A stretch of 64,000 nt of DNA from Squalus acanthias (lineage: Eukaryota), in NCBI GenBank assembly GCA_030390025.1, contig CM059432.1:107386001-107450000 (forward strand), given 5' to 3'. The position numbers were made by a program, and so were the translations under genes. The notes under the pieces are model-generated. The model saw only the letters and a list, made by a program, of their open reading frames with translations, made no database searches and was not told the DNA's origin. Each line of letters opens with the position of its first letter. Within the stretch, counting starts at the first letter, position 1. Below are positions 26,701 through 40,411 of the stretch, piece after piece.

Positions 26701-27744
26701 TCCCCACACTCCTAGCCCCGAACTCACCCCACACTCCCAGCCCCGAACCAAACCCACACTCCCAGCCCGGAACTCACCCCACACTCCTAGCCCTGAACTC
26801 ACCCCACACTCCGAGCCCTGAACTCACCCCACACTGAGCCCTGAACTCACCCCACACTCCCAGCCCTGAACTCACCCCACACTCCCAGCCCTGAACTCAC
26901 CCCACACTCCCAGCCCTGAACTCACCCCACACTCCGAGCCCTGAACTCACCCCACACTGAGCCCTGAACTCACCCCACTCTCCGAGCCCCAAACTCACCC
27001 CACACTCCGAGCCCTGAACTCACCTAACACTGAGCCCTGAACTCACCCCAGACTGAGCTCTGAACTCACCCCACAATGAGCCCTGACCTCACCACACTCT
27101 CCGAGCCCTGAACTCACCCCAAACTTCGATCCCTGAACTCAACTCGCACTGAGCCCTGAACTCACGCAACACTCCCAGCCCTGAACTCACCACACACTCC
27201 CAGCCCTGAACTAACACCACACTGAGCCCTGACCTCACCACACTCTCCGAGCCCTGAACTCACCCCAAACTCCGATCCCTGAACTCAACTCGCACTGAGC
27301 CCTGAACTCACGCAACACTCCCAGCCCTGAACTCACCACACACTCCCAGCCCTGAACTAACACCACACTCCTAGCCCTGAACTCACACCACGCTGAGCCC
27401 CGAACTCACCCCACACTCCTAGCCCTGAACTCACCCCACACTCCTAGCCCTGAACTCACCCCACACTCCTCGCCCTGAACTCACCCTACACTCCAAGCCC
27501 TGAACTCACACCACGCTGAGCCCCGAACTCACCCCACACTCCTAGCCCTGAACTCACCCCACACTCCCAGCCCTGAACTCACCCCACACTCCGAGCCCTG
27601 ATCTCACCCCACACTGAGCCCTGAACTCACCCCACACTCCACCCATAACTCACCCTATACCTCCAACCCTGAACTCACTACCACACGAGCCCCGAACTCA
27701 CCCCACACCCTAGCCCTGACTCACCCCACCCTCCCAGCCCTAAC

Positions 27745-28072
27745 NNNNNNNNNNNNNNNNNNNNNNNNNNNNNNNNNNNNNNNNNNNNNNNNNNNNNNNN
27801 NNNNNNNNNNNNNNNNNNNNNNNNNNNNNNNNNNNNNNNNNNNNNNNNNNNNNNNNNNNNNNNNNNNNNNNNNNNNNNNNNNNNNNNNNNNNNNNNNNNN
27901 NNNNNNNNNNNNNNNNNNNNNNNNNNNNNNNNNNNNNNNNNNNNNNNNNNNNNNNNNNNNNNNNNNNNNNNNNNNNNNNNNNNNNNNNNNNNNNNNNNNN
28001 NNNNNNNNNNNNNNNNNNNNNNNNNNNNNNNNNNNNNNNNNNNNNNNNNNNNNNNNNNNNNNNNNNNNNNNN
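27745..28072. other. Assembly gap (328 N) inside the satellite
   Basis: Run of N. Confidence 1.
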
Positions 28073-31000
28073 ACTGAGCCCTGAACTCACCCAACACTCC
28101 CAGCCCTGAACTCACCCCACACTCCGAGCCCCGAACTCACCACACACTCCCAGCCCTGAACTCACCCCACACTGAGCCCTGAACTCACCCACACTCCGAG
28201 CCCCGAACTCACCCCACACTCCGAGCCCTGAACTCACCCCACACTCCGAGCCCTGAACTCACCCCACACTCCGAGCCCCGAACACACCCCACACTCCGAG
28301 CCCTGATCTCACCCCACACTCCCAGCCCGTAACTCACCCCACACTCCGAGCCCTGAACTCACCCCACACTGAGCCCTGAACTCACCCCACACTCCGAGCC
28401 CAGAACTCACCCCACACTCCTCGCCCTGAACTCACCCCACACTCCTCGCCCTGAACTCACCCAACACTCCAAGCCCTGAACTCACACCACACTGAGCCCC
28501 GAACTCACCCCACACTCCTAGCCCTGAACTCACCCCACACTCCCAGCCCTGAACTCACCCTGCACTCCTAGCCCTGAACTCACCCCACACTCCTAGCCCT
28601 GAACTCACCCCACACTCCCAGCTCCGAACTCACGCCACACTGAGCCCTGAACTCACCCCACACTCCCAGCCCTGAACTCACCCCACACTCCTAACCCTGA
28701 ACTCACACCACACTGAGCCCTGAACTCACCCCACACTCCCAGCCCTGAACTCAACCCACACTCCTAACCCTGAACTCACACCACACTGAGCCCTGAACTC
28801 ACCCCACACTCCCAGACCTGAACTCACCCCACACTCCTAACCCTGAACTCACACCACACTGAGCCCTGAACTCACCCCACACTCCCAGCCCTGAACTCAC
28901 CCCACACTTCGAGCCACAAACTCACCCCACACTGAGCCCTGAACTCACCCTACACTTCGAGCCCTGAACTCACCCCACACTGAGCCCCGAACTCACCCCA
29001 CACTGAGCCCCGATCTCACCCCACACTCCGAGCCCCGATCTCACCCCACACTCCTAGCCCTGAACTCACCCCACACTCCTAGCCCTGAACTCACCCCACA
29101 CTCCGAGCCCTGAACTCTCCCCACACTCCTAGCCCTGAACTCATCCCACACTGAGCCCTGAACTCACCCCACACTGAGCCCCGAACTCACCGCACACTGA
29201 GCCCTGAACTCACCCCACACTCCCAGCCCTGAACTCACCCCACACTGAGCCCTGAACTCACCCGACACTCCCAGCCCTGAACTCCCCCAACACTGACCCC
29301 GAACTCACCCCACACTCCCAGCCCCGAACTCACCCCACACTCCTAGCCCTGAACTCACCCCACACTGAGCCTTGAACTCACCCCACACTCCCAGCCCCGA
29401 ACTCACCCCACACTCCGAGCCCTGAACTCACCCCACACTGAGCCCTGAACTTTCCCCACACTCCCAGCCCTGAACTCACCCCACACTGAGCCCTGAACTC
29501 ACCCCACACTCCGAGCCCTGAACTCACCCCACACTCGGAGCCCTGAACTCACCCCACACTCGGAGCCCTGAACTCACCCCACACTCCGAGCCCTGAACTC
29601 ACCCCACACTCCGAGCCCTGAACTCACCCCACACTGAGCCCTGAGCTCACCCCACACTCCCAGCCTTGAACTCACCCCACACTCCCAGCCCTGAACTCAC
29701 CCCACACTCCCAGCCCTGAACTCACCCCACACTCCGAGCCCTGAACTCACCCCACACTGAGCCCTGAGCTCACCCCACACTCCCAGCCTTGAACTCACCC
29801 CACACTCCGAGCCCTGAACTCACCCAACACTCCGAGCCCTGAACTCACCCCACACTCCTAGCCCTGAACTCACCCCACACTCCGAGCCCTGAACTCACCC
29901 CACACTCCGAGCCCTGAACTCACCCCACACTCCCAGTCCTGAACACACCCCACACTCCCAGCCCTGAACTCACCCCACACTGAGCCCTGAACTCTCCCCA
30001 CACTCCTCGCCCTGAACTCATCCCACACTGAGCCCCGAACTCACCCCACACTGAGCCCCGAACTCACGCCACACTGAGCCCTGAACTCACCCCACACTCC
30101 CAGCACTGAACTCACCCCACACTGAGCCCTGAACTCACCCGACACTCCCAGCCCTGAAGTCCCCCAACACTGACCCCGAACTCACCCCACACTCCCAGCC
30201 CCGAACTCACCCCACACTCCTAGCCCTGAACTCACCCCACACTGAGCCCTGAACTCACCCCACACTCCCAGCCCCGAACTCACCCCACACTCCGAGCCCT
30301 GAACTCACCCCACACTGAGCCCTGAACTCACCCCACACTCGGAGCGCTGAACTCACCCCACACTCGGAGCCCTGAACTCACCCCACACTCCGAGCCCTGA
30401 ACTCACCCCACACTGAGCCCTGAGCTCACCCCACACTCCCAGCCTTGAACTCACCCCACACTCCCAGCCCTGAACTCACCCCACACTCCCAGCCCTGAAC
30501 TCACCCCACACTCCCAGCCCTGAACTCACCCCACACTCCGAGCCCTGAACTCACCCCACACTCCCAGCCCTGAACTCACCCCACAGAGACCTGAACTCAC
30601 CCCACACTCCGAGCCCTGAACTCACCCAACACTCCGAGCCCTGAACTCACCCCACACTCCTAGCCCTGAACTCACCCCACACTCCGAGCCCTGATCTCAC
30701 CCCACACTCCGAGCCCTGAACTCACCCCACACTCCCAGTCCTGAACACACCCCACACTCCCAGCCCTGAACTCACCCCACACTGAGCCCTGAACTCTCCC
30801 CACACTGAGCCCCGAACTCACGCCAAACTGAGCCCTGAACTCACCCCACACTCCCAGCACTGAACTCACCCCACACTGAGCCCTGAACTCACCCGACACT
30901 CCCAGCCCTGAAGTCCCCCAACACTGACCCCGAACTCACCCCACACTCCCAGCCCCGAACTCACCCCACACTCCTAGCCCTGAACTCACCCCACACTGAG

Positions 31001-34000
31001 CCCTGAACTCACCCCACACTCCCAGCCCCGAACTCACCCCACACTCCGAGCCCTGAACTCACCCCACACTGAGCCCTGAACTCACCCCACACTCACAGCA
31101 CCGAATTCACCCCACACTCCAAGCCCCGAACTCACCCCACACTGAGCCCTGAACCCACCCCACACTCCCAGCACCGAACTCAACCCACACTCCCAGCACT
31201 GAACTCACCCCACACTGAGTCCCGAACGCACCCCACACTCCCAGCCCTGAACTCACCCCACACTGAGACCTGAACTCACCCCACACTCCGAGCCCTGAAC
31301 TCACCCCACACTCCCAGCACCGAACTCACCCCACACTGAGCCCTGAACTCACCCCACACTCCGAGCCCTGAACTCACCCCACACTCGGAGCCCTGAACTC
31401 ACCCCACACTCGGAGCCCTGAACTCACCCCACACTCCGAGCCCTGAACTCACCCCACACTGAGCCCTGAGCTCACCCCACACTCCCAGCCTTGAACTCAC
31501 CCCACACTCCCAGCCCTGAACTCACCCCACACTCCCAGCCCTGAACTCACCCCACACTCCGAGCCCTGAACTCACCCCACACTGAGCCCTGAGCTCACCC
31601 CACACTCCCAGCCTTGAACTCACCCCACACTCCGAGCCCTGAACTCACCCAACACTCCGAGCCCTGAACTCACCCCACACTCCTAGCCCTGAACTCACCC
31701 CACACTCCGAGCCCTGAACTCACCCCACACTCCGAGCCCTGAACTCACCCCACACTCCCAGTCCTGAACACACCCCACACTCCCAGCCCTGAACTCACCC
31801 TACACTGAGCCCTGAACTCTCCCCACACTCCTAGCCCTGAACTCATCCCACACTGAGCCCCGAACTCACCCCACACTGAGCCCCGAACTCACGCCACACT
31901 GAGCCCTGAACTCACCCCACACTCCCAGCACTGAACTCACCCCACACTGAGCCCTGAACTCACCCGACACTCCCAGCCCTGAAGTCCCCCAACACTGACC
32001 CCGAACTCACCCCACACTCCCAGCCCCGAACTCACCCCACACTCCTAGCCCTGAACTCACCCCACACTGAGCCCTGAACTCACCCCACACTCCCAGCCCC
32101 GAACTCACCCCACACTCCGAGCCCTGAACTGACCCCACACTGAGCCCTGAACTCACCCCACACTCACAGCACCGAATTCACCCCACACTCCCAGCCCCGA
32201 ACTCACCCCACACTCCCAGCCCCGAACTCACCCCACACTGAGCCCTGAACTCACGCCACACTCCGAGCCCTGAACTCATCCCACACTCCGAGCCCTGAAC
32301 GCACCCCACACTCCGAGCCCTGAACGCACCCCACACTCCGAGTCCTGAACTCACCCCACACTGAGCCCCAAACTCACCCCACACTCCTGGCCCTGAACGC
32401 ACCCCACACTCCGAGCCCTGAACTCACTCCACACTCCTCGCCCTGAACTCACCCTGCACTCCGAGCCCTGAACTCACCCCACACTGAGCCCCGAACTCAC
32501 CCCACACTCCTAGCCCAGAACTCACCCCACACTCCCAGCCCTGAACTCACCCCGCACTCCGAGCCCTGAACTCACCCCACACTCCTAGCCCTGAACTCAC
32601 CCCACACTCCCAGCCCCGAACTCACCCCACACTGAGCCCTGAACTCACCCCACACACCCAGCCCTGAACTCACCCCACACTCCGAGCCACAAACTTACCC
32701 GACACTGAGCCCCGAACTCACCCCACACTCCGAGCCCTGAACTCACCCCACACTGAGCCCCGAACTCACCCCACACTGAGCCCCAATCTCACCCCACACT
32801 CCCAGCCCTGAACTCACCCCACACTCCACGCCCTGAACTCACCCCACACTCGCAGCCCCGAACTCACCCCACACTCCGAGCCCCGCACTTAACCCACACT
32901 CCGAGCCCTGAACTCACCCTACACTCCGAGCCCTGAACTCACCCCACACTGAGCCCCGAACTCACCCCACACTCCTAGCCCAGAACTCACCCCGCACTCC
33001 TAACCCTGAACTCACACCACACTGAGCCCTGAACTCACCCCACACTCCCAGCCCTGAACTCACCCCACACTCCTAACCCTGAACTCACACCACACTGAGC
33101 CCTGACCTCACCCCACACTCCCAGCCCTGAACTCACCCCACACTCCGAGCCCCGAACTCACCCCACACTCCAAGCCCTGAACTCACCCCACATTCCGAGC
33201 CCTGAACTCACCCCACACTCCGAGCCCTGAACTCACCCCACACTCCGAGCCCTGAACTCACCCCACACTCCCAGCCCTGAACTCACCCCACACTGAGCCC
33301 TGAACTCTCCCCACACTCCTAGCCCTGAACTCATCCCACACTGAGCCCCGAACTCACCCCACACTGAGCCCCGAACTCACGCCACACTGAGCCCTGAACT
33401 CACCCCACACTCCCAGCACTGAACTCACCCCACACTGAGCCCTGAACTCACCCGACACTCCCAGCCCTGAAGTCCCCCAACACTGACCCCGAACTCACCC
33501 CACACTCCCAGCCCCGAACTCACCCCACACTCCTAGCCCTGAACTCACCCCGCACTGAGCCCTGAACTCACCCCACACTCCCAGCCCCGAACTCACCCCA
33601 CACTCCGAGCCCTGAACTCACCCCACACTGAGCCCTGAACTCACCCCACACTCACAGCACCGAATTCACCCCACACTCCCAGCCCCGAACTCACCCAACA
33701 CTCCCAGCCCCGAACTCACCCAACACTGAGCCCTGAACTCACCCCACACTCCGAGCCCTGAACTCATCCACACTCCGAGCCCTGAACGCACCCCACACTC
33801 CGAGCCCTGAACGCACCCCACACTCCGAGTCCTGAACTCACCCCACACTCCGAGCCCTGAACTCATCCTACACTCCGAGCCCTGAACTCACCCCACACTG
33901 AGCCCCAAACTCACCCCACACTCCTAGCCCTGAACGCACCCCACACTCCGAGCCCTGAACTCACCCCGCACTCCGAGCCCTGAACTCACCCCACACTCCT

Positions 34001-37000
34001 AGCCCTGAACTCACCCCACACTCCCAGCCCCGAACTCACCCCACACTGAGCCCCGAACTCACCCCACACTGAGCCCTGAACTCACCCCACACTCCCAGCC
34101 CTGAACTCACCCCACACTCCTAACCCTGAACTCACACCACACAGAGCCCTGAACTCACCCCACACACCCAGCCCTGAACTCACCCCACACTCCGAGCCAC
34201 AAACTTACCCGACACTGAGCCCCGAACTCACCCCACACTCCGAGCCCTGAACTCACCCCACACTGAGCCCCGAACTCACCCCACACTGAGCCCCAATCTC
34301 ACCCCACACTCCCAGCCCTGAACTCACCCCACACTCCACGCCCTGAACTCACCCCACACTCGCAGCCCTGAACTCACCCCACACTCCGAGCCCCGCACTT
34401 AACCCACACTCCGAGCCCTGAACTCACCCTACACTCCGAGCCCTGAACTCACCCCACACTGAGCCCCGAACTCACCCCACACTCCTAGCCCAGAACTCAC
34501 CCCACACTCCCAGCCCTGAACTCACCCCGCACTCCTAGCCCTGAACTCACCCCACACTCCTAGCCCTGAACTCACACCACACTGAGCCCTGAACTCACCC
34601 CACACTCCCAGCCCTGAACTCACCCCACACTCCTAACCCTGAACTCACACCACACTGAGCCCTGAACTCACCCCACACTCCCAGCCCTGAACTCACCCCA
34701 CACTCCGAGCCCCGAACTCACCCCACACTCCAAGCCCTGAACTCACCCCACATTCCGAGCCCTGAACTCACCCCACACTCCTAGCCCCGAACTCACCCCA
34801 CACTGAGCCCTGAAATCACCCCACACTCCCAGCCCTGAACACACCCCACACTCCCAGCCCTGAACTCACCCCACACTCCAAGCCCCGAACCCACCCCACA
34901 CTCCCAGCACCGAACTCAACCCACACTCCCAGCACTGAACTCACCCCACACTGAGTCCCGAACGCACCCCACACTCCCAGCCCTGAACTCACCCCACACT
35001 GAGACCTGAACTCACCCCACACTGAGACCTGAACTCACCCCACACTCCGAGCCCTGAACTCACCCCACACTGAGCCCTGAGCTCACCCCACTCTCCGAGC
35101 CCCAAACTCACCCCACACTCCGAGCCCTGAACTCACCTAACACTGAGCCCTGAACTCACACCACACTGAGCTCTGAACTCACTCCACACTGAGCCCTGAA
35201 CTCACCCAACACTCCCAGCCCTGAACTCACCCCACACTCCGAGCACCGAACTCACCACACACTCCGAGCCCTGAACTCACCCCACACTCCGCGCCCTGAA
35301 CTCACCCCACAGTCCGAGCCCCGAACACACCCCAGACTCCGAGCCCTGATCTCACCCCACACTCCCAGCCCTTAACTCACCCCACACTCCGAGCCCTGAA
35401 CTCACCCCACACTGAGCCCTGAACTCACCCCACACTCCGAGCCCAGAACTCACCCCACACTCCAAGCCCTGAACTCACCCCACACTCCTCACCCTGAACT
35501 CACCCCACACTCCGAGCCCAGAACTCACCCCACACTCCAAGCCCTGAACTCACACCACACTGAGCCCCGAACTCACCACACACTACTAGCCCTGAACTCA
35601 CCCCACACTCCCAGCCCTGAACTCACCCTGCACTCCTAGCCCTGAACTCACCCCACACTCCTAGCCCTGAACTCACCCCACACTCCCAGCTCCGAACTCA
35701 CGCCACACTGAGCCCTGAACTCACCCCACACTCCCAGCCCTGAACTCACCCCACACTCCTAACCCTGAACTCACACCACACTGAGCCCTGAACTCACCCC
35801 ACACTCCCAGCCCTGAACTCAACCCACACTCCTAACCCTGAACTCACACCACACTGAGCCCTGAACTCACCCTACACTCCAAGCCCCGAACTCACCCCAC
35901 ACTCCCAGCACCGAACTCAACCCACACTCCTAGCCCTGAACTCACCCCACACTCCCAGCTCCGAACTCACGCCACACTGAGCCCTGAACTCACCCCACAC
36001 TCCTAACCCTGAACTCACACCACACTGAGCCCTGAACTCACCCCACACTCCCAGCCCTGAACTCAACCCACACTCCTAACCCTGAACTCACCCCACACTG
36101 AGACCTGAACTCACCCCACACTCCGAGCCCTGAACTCACCCCACACTCCCAGCACCGAACTCACCCCACACTGAGCCCTGAACTCACCCCACACTCCGAG
36201 CCCTGAACTCACCCCACACTCGGAGCCCTGAACTCACCCCACACTCGGAGCCCTGAACTCACCCCACACTCCGAGCCCTGAACTCACCCCACACTGAGCC
36301 CTGAGCTCACCCCACACTCCCAGCCCTGAACTCACCCCACACTCCCAGCCCTGAACTCACCCCACACTCCCAGCCGTGAACTCACCCCACACTCCGAGCC
36401 CTGAACTCACCCCACACTGAGCCCTGAACTCACCCCACTCTCCGAGCCCCAAACTCACCCCACACTCCGAGCCCTGAACTCACCTAACACTGAGCCCTGA
36501 ACTCACCCCAGGCTGAGCTCTGAACTCACCCCACAATGAGCCCTGAACTCACCCCACTCTCCAAGCCCTGAACTCACCCCACACTCCGATCCCTGAACTC
36601 AACTCGCACTGAGCCCTGAACTCACACCAAACTGAGCTCTGAACTCACCCCACACTGAGCCCTGAACTCACCCAACACTCCCAGCCCTGAACTCACCCCA
36701 CACTCCGAGCCCCGAACTCACCACACACTCCCAGCCCTGAACTAACACCACACTGAGCCCTGAACTCACCCCACTCTCCGAGCCCCGAACTCACCCCACA
36801 CTCCGAGCCCTGAACTCACCCCACACTCCGCGCCCTGAACTCACCCCACACTCCGAGCCCCGAACACACCCCACACTCCGAGCCCTGATCTCACCCCACA
36901 CTCCCAGCCCGTAACTCACCCCACACTCCGAGCCCTGAACTCACCCCACACTGAGCCCTGAACTCACCCCACACTCCGAGCCCAGAACTCACCCCACACT

Positions 37001-38444
37001 CCTCGCCCTGAACTCACCCCACACTCCTCGCCCTGAACTCACCCAACACTCCAAGCCCTGAACTCACACCACACTGAGCCCCGAACTCACCCCACACTCC
37101 TAGCCCTGAACTCACCCCACACTCCCAGCCCTGAACTCACCCTGCACTCCTAGCCCTGAACTCACCCCACACTCCTAGCCCTGAACTCACCCCACACTCC
37201 CAGCTCCGAACTCACGCCACACTGAGCCCTGAACTCACCCCACACTCCCAGCCCTGAACTCACCCCACACTCCTAACCCTGAACTCACACCACACTGAGC
37301 CCTGAACTCACCCCACACTCCCAGCCCTGAACTCAACCCACACTCCTAACCCTGAACTCACACCACACTGAGCCCTGAACTCACCCCACACTCCCAGACC
37401 TGAACTCACCCCACACTCCTAACCCTGAACTCACACCACACTGAGCCCTGAACTCACCCCACACTCCCAGCCCTGAACTCACCCCACACTTCGAGCCACA
37501 AACTCACCCCACACTGAGCCCTGAACTCACCCTACACTTCGAGCCCTGAACTCACCCCACACTGAGCCCCGAACTCACCCCACACTGAGCCCCGATCTCA
37601 CCCCACACTCCGAGCCCCGATCTCACCCCACACTCCTAGCCCTGAACTCACCCCACACTCCTAGCCCTGAACTCACCCCACACTCCGAGCCCTGAACTCT
37701 CCCCACACTCCTAGCCCTGAACTCATCCCACACTGAGCCCTGAACTCACCCCACACTGAGCCCCGAACTCACCGCACACTGAGCCCTGAACTCACCCCAC
37801 ACTCCCAGCCCTGAACTCACCCCACACTGAGCCCTGAACTCACCCGACACTCCCAGCCCTGAACTCCCCCAACACTGACCCCGAACTCACCCCACACTCC
37901 CAGCCCCGAACTCACCCCACACTCCTAGCCCTGAACTCACCCCACACTGAGCCTTGAACTCACCCCACACTCCCAGCCCCGAACTCACCCCACACTCCGA
38001 GCCCTGAACTCACCCCACACTGAGCCCTGAACTTTCCCCACACTCCCAGCCCTGAACTCCCCCCACACTGAGCCCTGAACTCACCCCACACTGAGCCCTG
38101 AACTCAGCCCCACACTCCCAGCCCCGAACTCACCCCACACTCCCAGCCCCGAACTCACCCCACACTCCCAGCCCCGAACTCACCCCACAGTCCCAGCCCC
38201 GAACTCACCCCACACTGAGCCCCGGACTCACCCCACACTCCGAGCCCTGAACTCTCCCCACACTCCTAGCCCTGAACTCACCCCACACTGAGCCCTGAAC
38301 TCACCCCACACTCCTAGCCCTGAACTCAGCCCACACTGAGCCCTGAACTCACCTAACACTGAGCCCTGAACCCACCCCACACTGAGCCCTGAACTCACCC
38401 CACACTGAGCCCTGAACTCACCCCACACTGAGCCCTGAACTCAT

Positions 38445-39280
38445 CCAATTAAATATCGGGAAGTCCGAAGTCATTTTTTTCCCTCCCCGCCACAAGCTCC
38501 GTTCCCTAGCCACTGATTCCATCCTTTTCCCTTACATTTGTCTGAGGCTGAACCACACTGTTCACAACCTTGGTGTCATCTTTGACCTTGAAATGAGCTT
38601 CTGACCACATATCCGCGGCATAACTAAGTTCGACTATTTCCACCTGTGTAACATTGCCCAACTCCACCCCTGCTTCAGCTCATCCGCTGCTGAAACCCTC
38701 ATCCATGCCTTTGTTTCCTCTAGACTTGACTATTCCAACGCACTCCTGGCTGGCCTCCCACATTCTACCCTACGTAAACTTGAGGTCATCCAAAACTCGG
38801 CTGCCCGTGTCCTAACTCGCACCAAGTCCCGTTCACCCATCTCCCCTGTGCTCGCTGACCTACATTGGCTCCCAGTTAAGCAATGCCTTGATTTCAAAAT
38901 TCTCATCCTTGTTTTCAAATCCCTCCGTGGCCTCGACCCTCCCTATCTCTGTAATCTCCTTCAGCCCCACAAGCCTCCGAGATATCTGCGCTCCTCTAAT
39001 TCTGCCCTCTTGAGCATCCCTGATTATAATCGCTCAACTATTGGTGGCCGTGCCTTCTGTTGCCTAGGCCCTAAGCTCTGGAATTCCCTGACTAAACCTC
39101 TCCGCCTCTCTACCTCTCTTTCCTCCTTTAAGACGCTCCTTAAAACCTACCTCTTTGACCCCCTGCCCTAATTTCGCCTTATATGGCTCGGTGTCAAATT
39201 TTTTGTCTTATAACACTCCTGTGAAGCGCCTTGGGACGTTTCACTATGTTAAAGGCACTATATAAATACAAGTTGTTGTT
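38445..39280 (+). mobile_element. 5'-truncated L2-clade LINE (ORF2 C-terminus + 3' tail)
   Basis: ISPVLADLHWLPV, GGRAF, LWNSL and SFKTLLKTYLF motifs. Tail ctatataaatacaagttgttgtt is shared with the SINEs. Confidence 0.85.
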
Positions 39281-39870
39281 CCGGCCTTAACATTGAGTTT
39301 AACAACTTTTTTACCTCCCATTTTCTCTCAGGCATCAGGTGCTGGTAATGGCGGGTGGCGGCACCAGAGCCACTGGGAGTGGAGGAGGTCTGGGCTGGTA
39401 CTTGGGGTGGGGATCTCCTATTGGTACACGGCCGCTTGGGTGGTCTGCACATCCTGGGGTCCAGCTGCCTTTCTTCCGCCACATTCGGGGCGATGGGAGC
39501 CTCCTCCTCTTTGCCAGATTTTCCATGCTTCTCTCCCACCCCCCACCCCTCTGCTATTCTGCTGCAACCATTTACACCTCCTCCGGCTCCATTTTTTGTT
39601 CCTATATTTATCCCATTACCACCCTCTTTTGCCTTGCACCATCATCACTTTTGTCATTTAATCACTCCCGCCCTCCTCCCTATCACAGACCTTCTCCTTT
39701 GTTCTTTTCCTACCCCCCACCGCCCCGCTATTCCCTGGCTTAAAAGCTGTTCATCTCTTAACATCTTCCAGTTCTGACGAACGGTCATCGACCTGAAACG
39801 TTAACTCTGTTTCTCGCTCCACAGGTGCTGCCTGACCTGCTGAGTATTTCCAGCATTTTCTGTTTTTATA
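39280..39870 (+). mobile_element. Penelope-like element 3' portion (ORF end, pyrimidine-rich tract, hammerhead-bearing terminus)
   Basis: Begins SGLNIEFNNF (recalled as a PLE ORF C-terminus) and ends with the hammerhead motif plus the terminus also seen at 1577-1650 and 42821-42913. Confidence 0.65.
39770..39806 (+). ncRNA. Minimal type I hammerhead ribozyme motif (second family)
   Basis: AGUU CUGACGA A cGGUC AUC GACCu GAAA CG UU AACU: stem I AGUU/AACU, stem II GGUC/GACC, palindromic ACGU. Confidence 0.65.
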
Positions 39871-40077
39871 TCAGTTGTCTCTTTAAACTGTTTATGCTTC
39901 AGACCCTCACTCTGTGTTTCCTGATGCACCATATAACAGGAGCACCATAGACATTATTGGGCAGATTTTACAAATCGCACTCCCAGGGCGGAGCCTCGAT
40001 TGCTGGCAGTATGCACCACAGATTTGACACTTTCATATTTACTTCATTTTAAAATTTGGTATTTTACATCTACGTAC

Positions 40078-40104
40078 CTTACTTGCTGGATCACCCTTTT
40101 CACC
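40078..40104 (-). CDS. COL15A1: 27-bp collagen micro-exon GEKGDPASK
   Basis: Strong acceptor ttgttttcttcttctttag|GGT GAA AAG GGT GAT CCA GCA AGT AAG|gtacgt. Phase 0-0, continuing KGAK-GEK-GDP from the previous exon. Confidence 0.8.
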
Positions 40105-40411
40105 CTAAAGAAGAAGAAAACAATTCTTGTCAGCTGTAAAATCTCATCAGATCAACCAGTGTATACACAACACAACATCTGCATTTCAAACTATCACACA
40201 TTTAGGTTTTTATTCAATAATGCACTTTAATGAGGTATGTGTATGTGTGTCTCTGTCTGGAGGAAACCATCATGTGTATGTATGGGGATGAACAAGATCA
40301 CCCGTGTCTATATTCTAGAGTAAAGAGTAATAGGTTTAAATATGACCTACATTACCTGTAACAATCATCAGTGGAAGGGTCCCAACTGTAAAAACGTGGC
40401 CTGAAAATAGG

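Larger units (their letters stand above)
7079..38445. repeat. Satellite array of mixed 24-bp (GCCCTGAACTCACCCCACACTCCGA-like) and 22-bp (...CACACTGA) units, roughly 1,100-1,200 units
   Basis: Directly visible tandem repeat, interrupted by a CR1 (16798-20709) and an N gap. Copy number estimated from length. Confidence 0.98.

Noticed and set aside
27678..28115. ORFs containing long X runs
   Set aside because: They are translations of the assembly gap.
7079..38445. CRISPR array or coding repeat (many short GVWGEF ORFs)
   Set aside because: There are no unique spacers and no cas genes, and the context is eukaryotic. The ORFs are by-products of the satellite.
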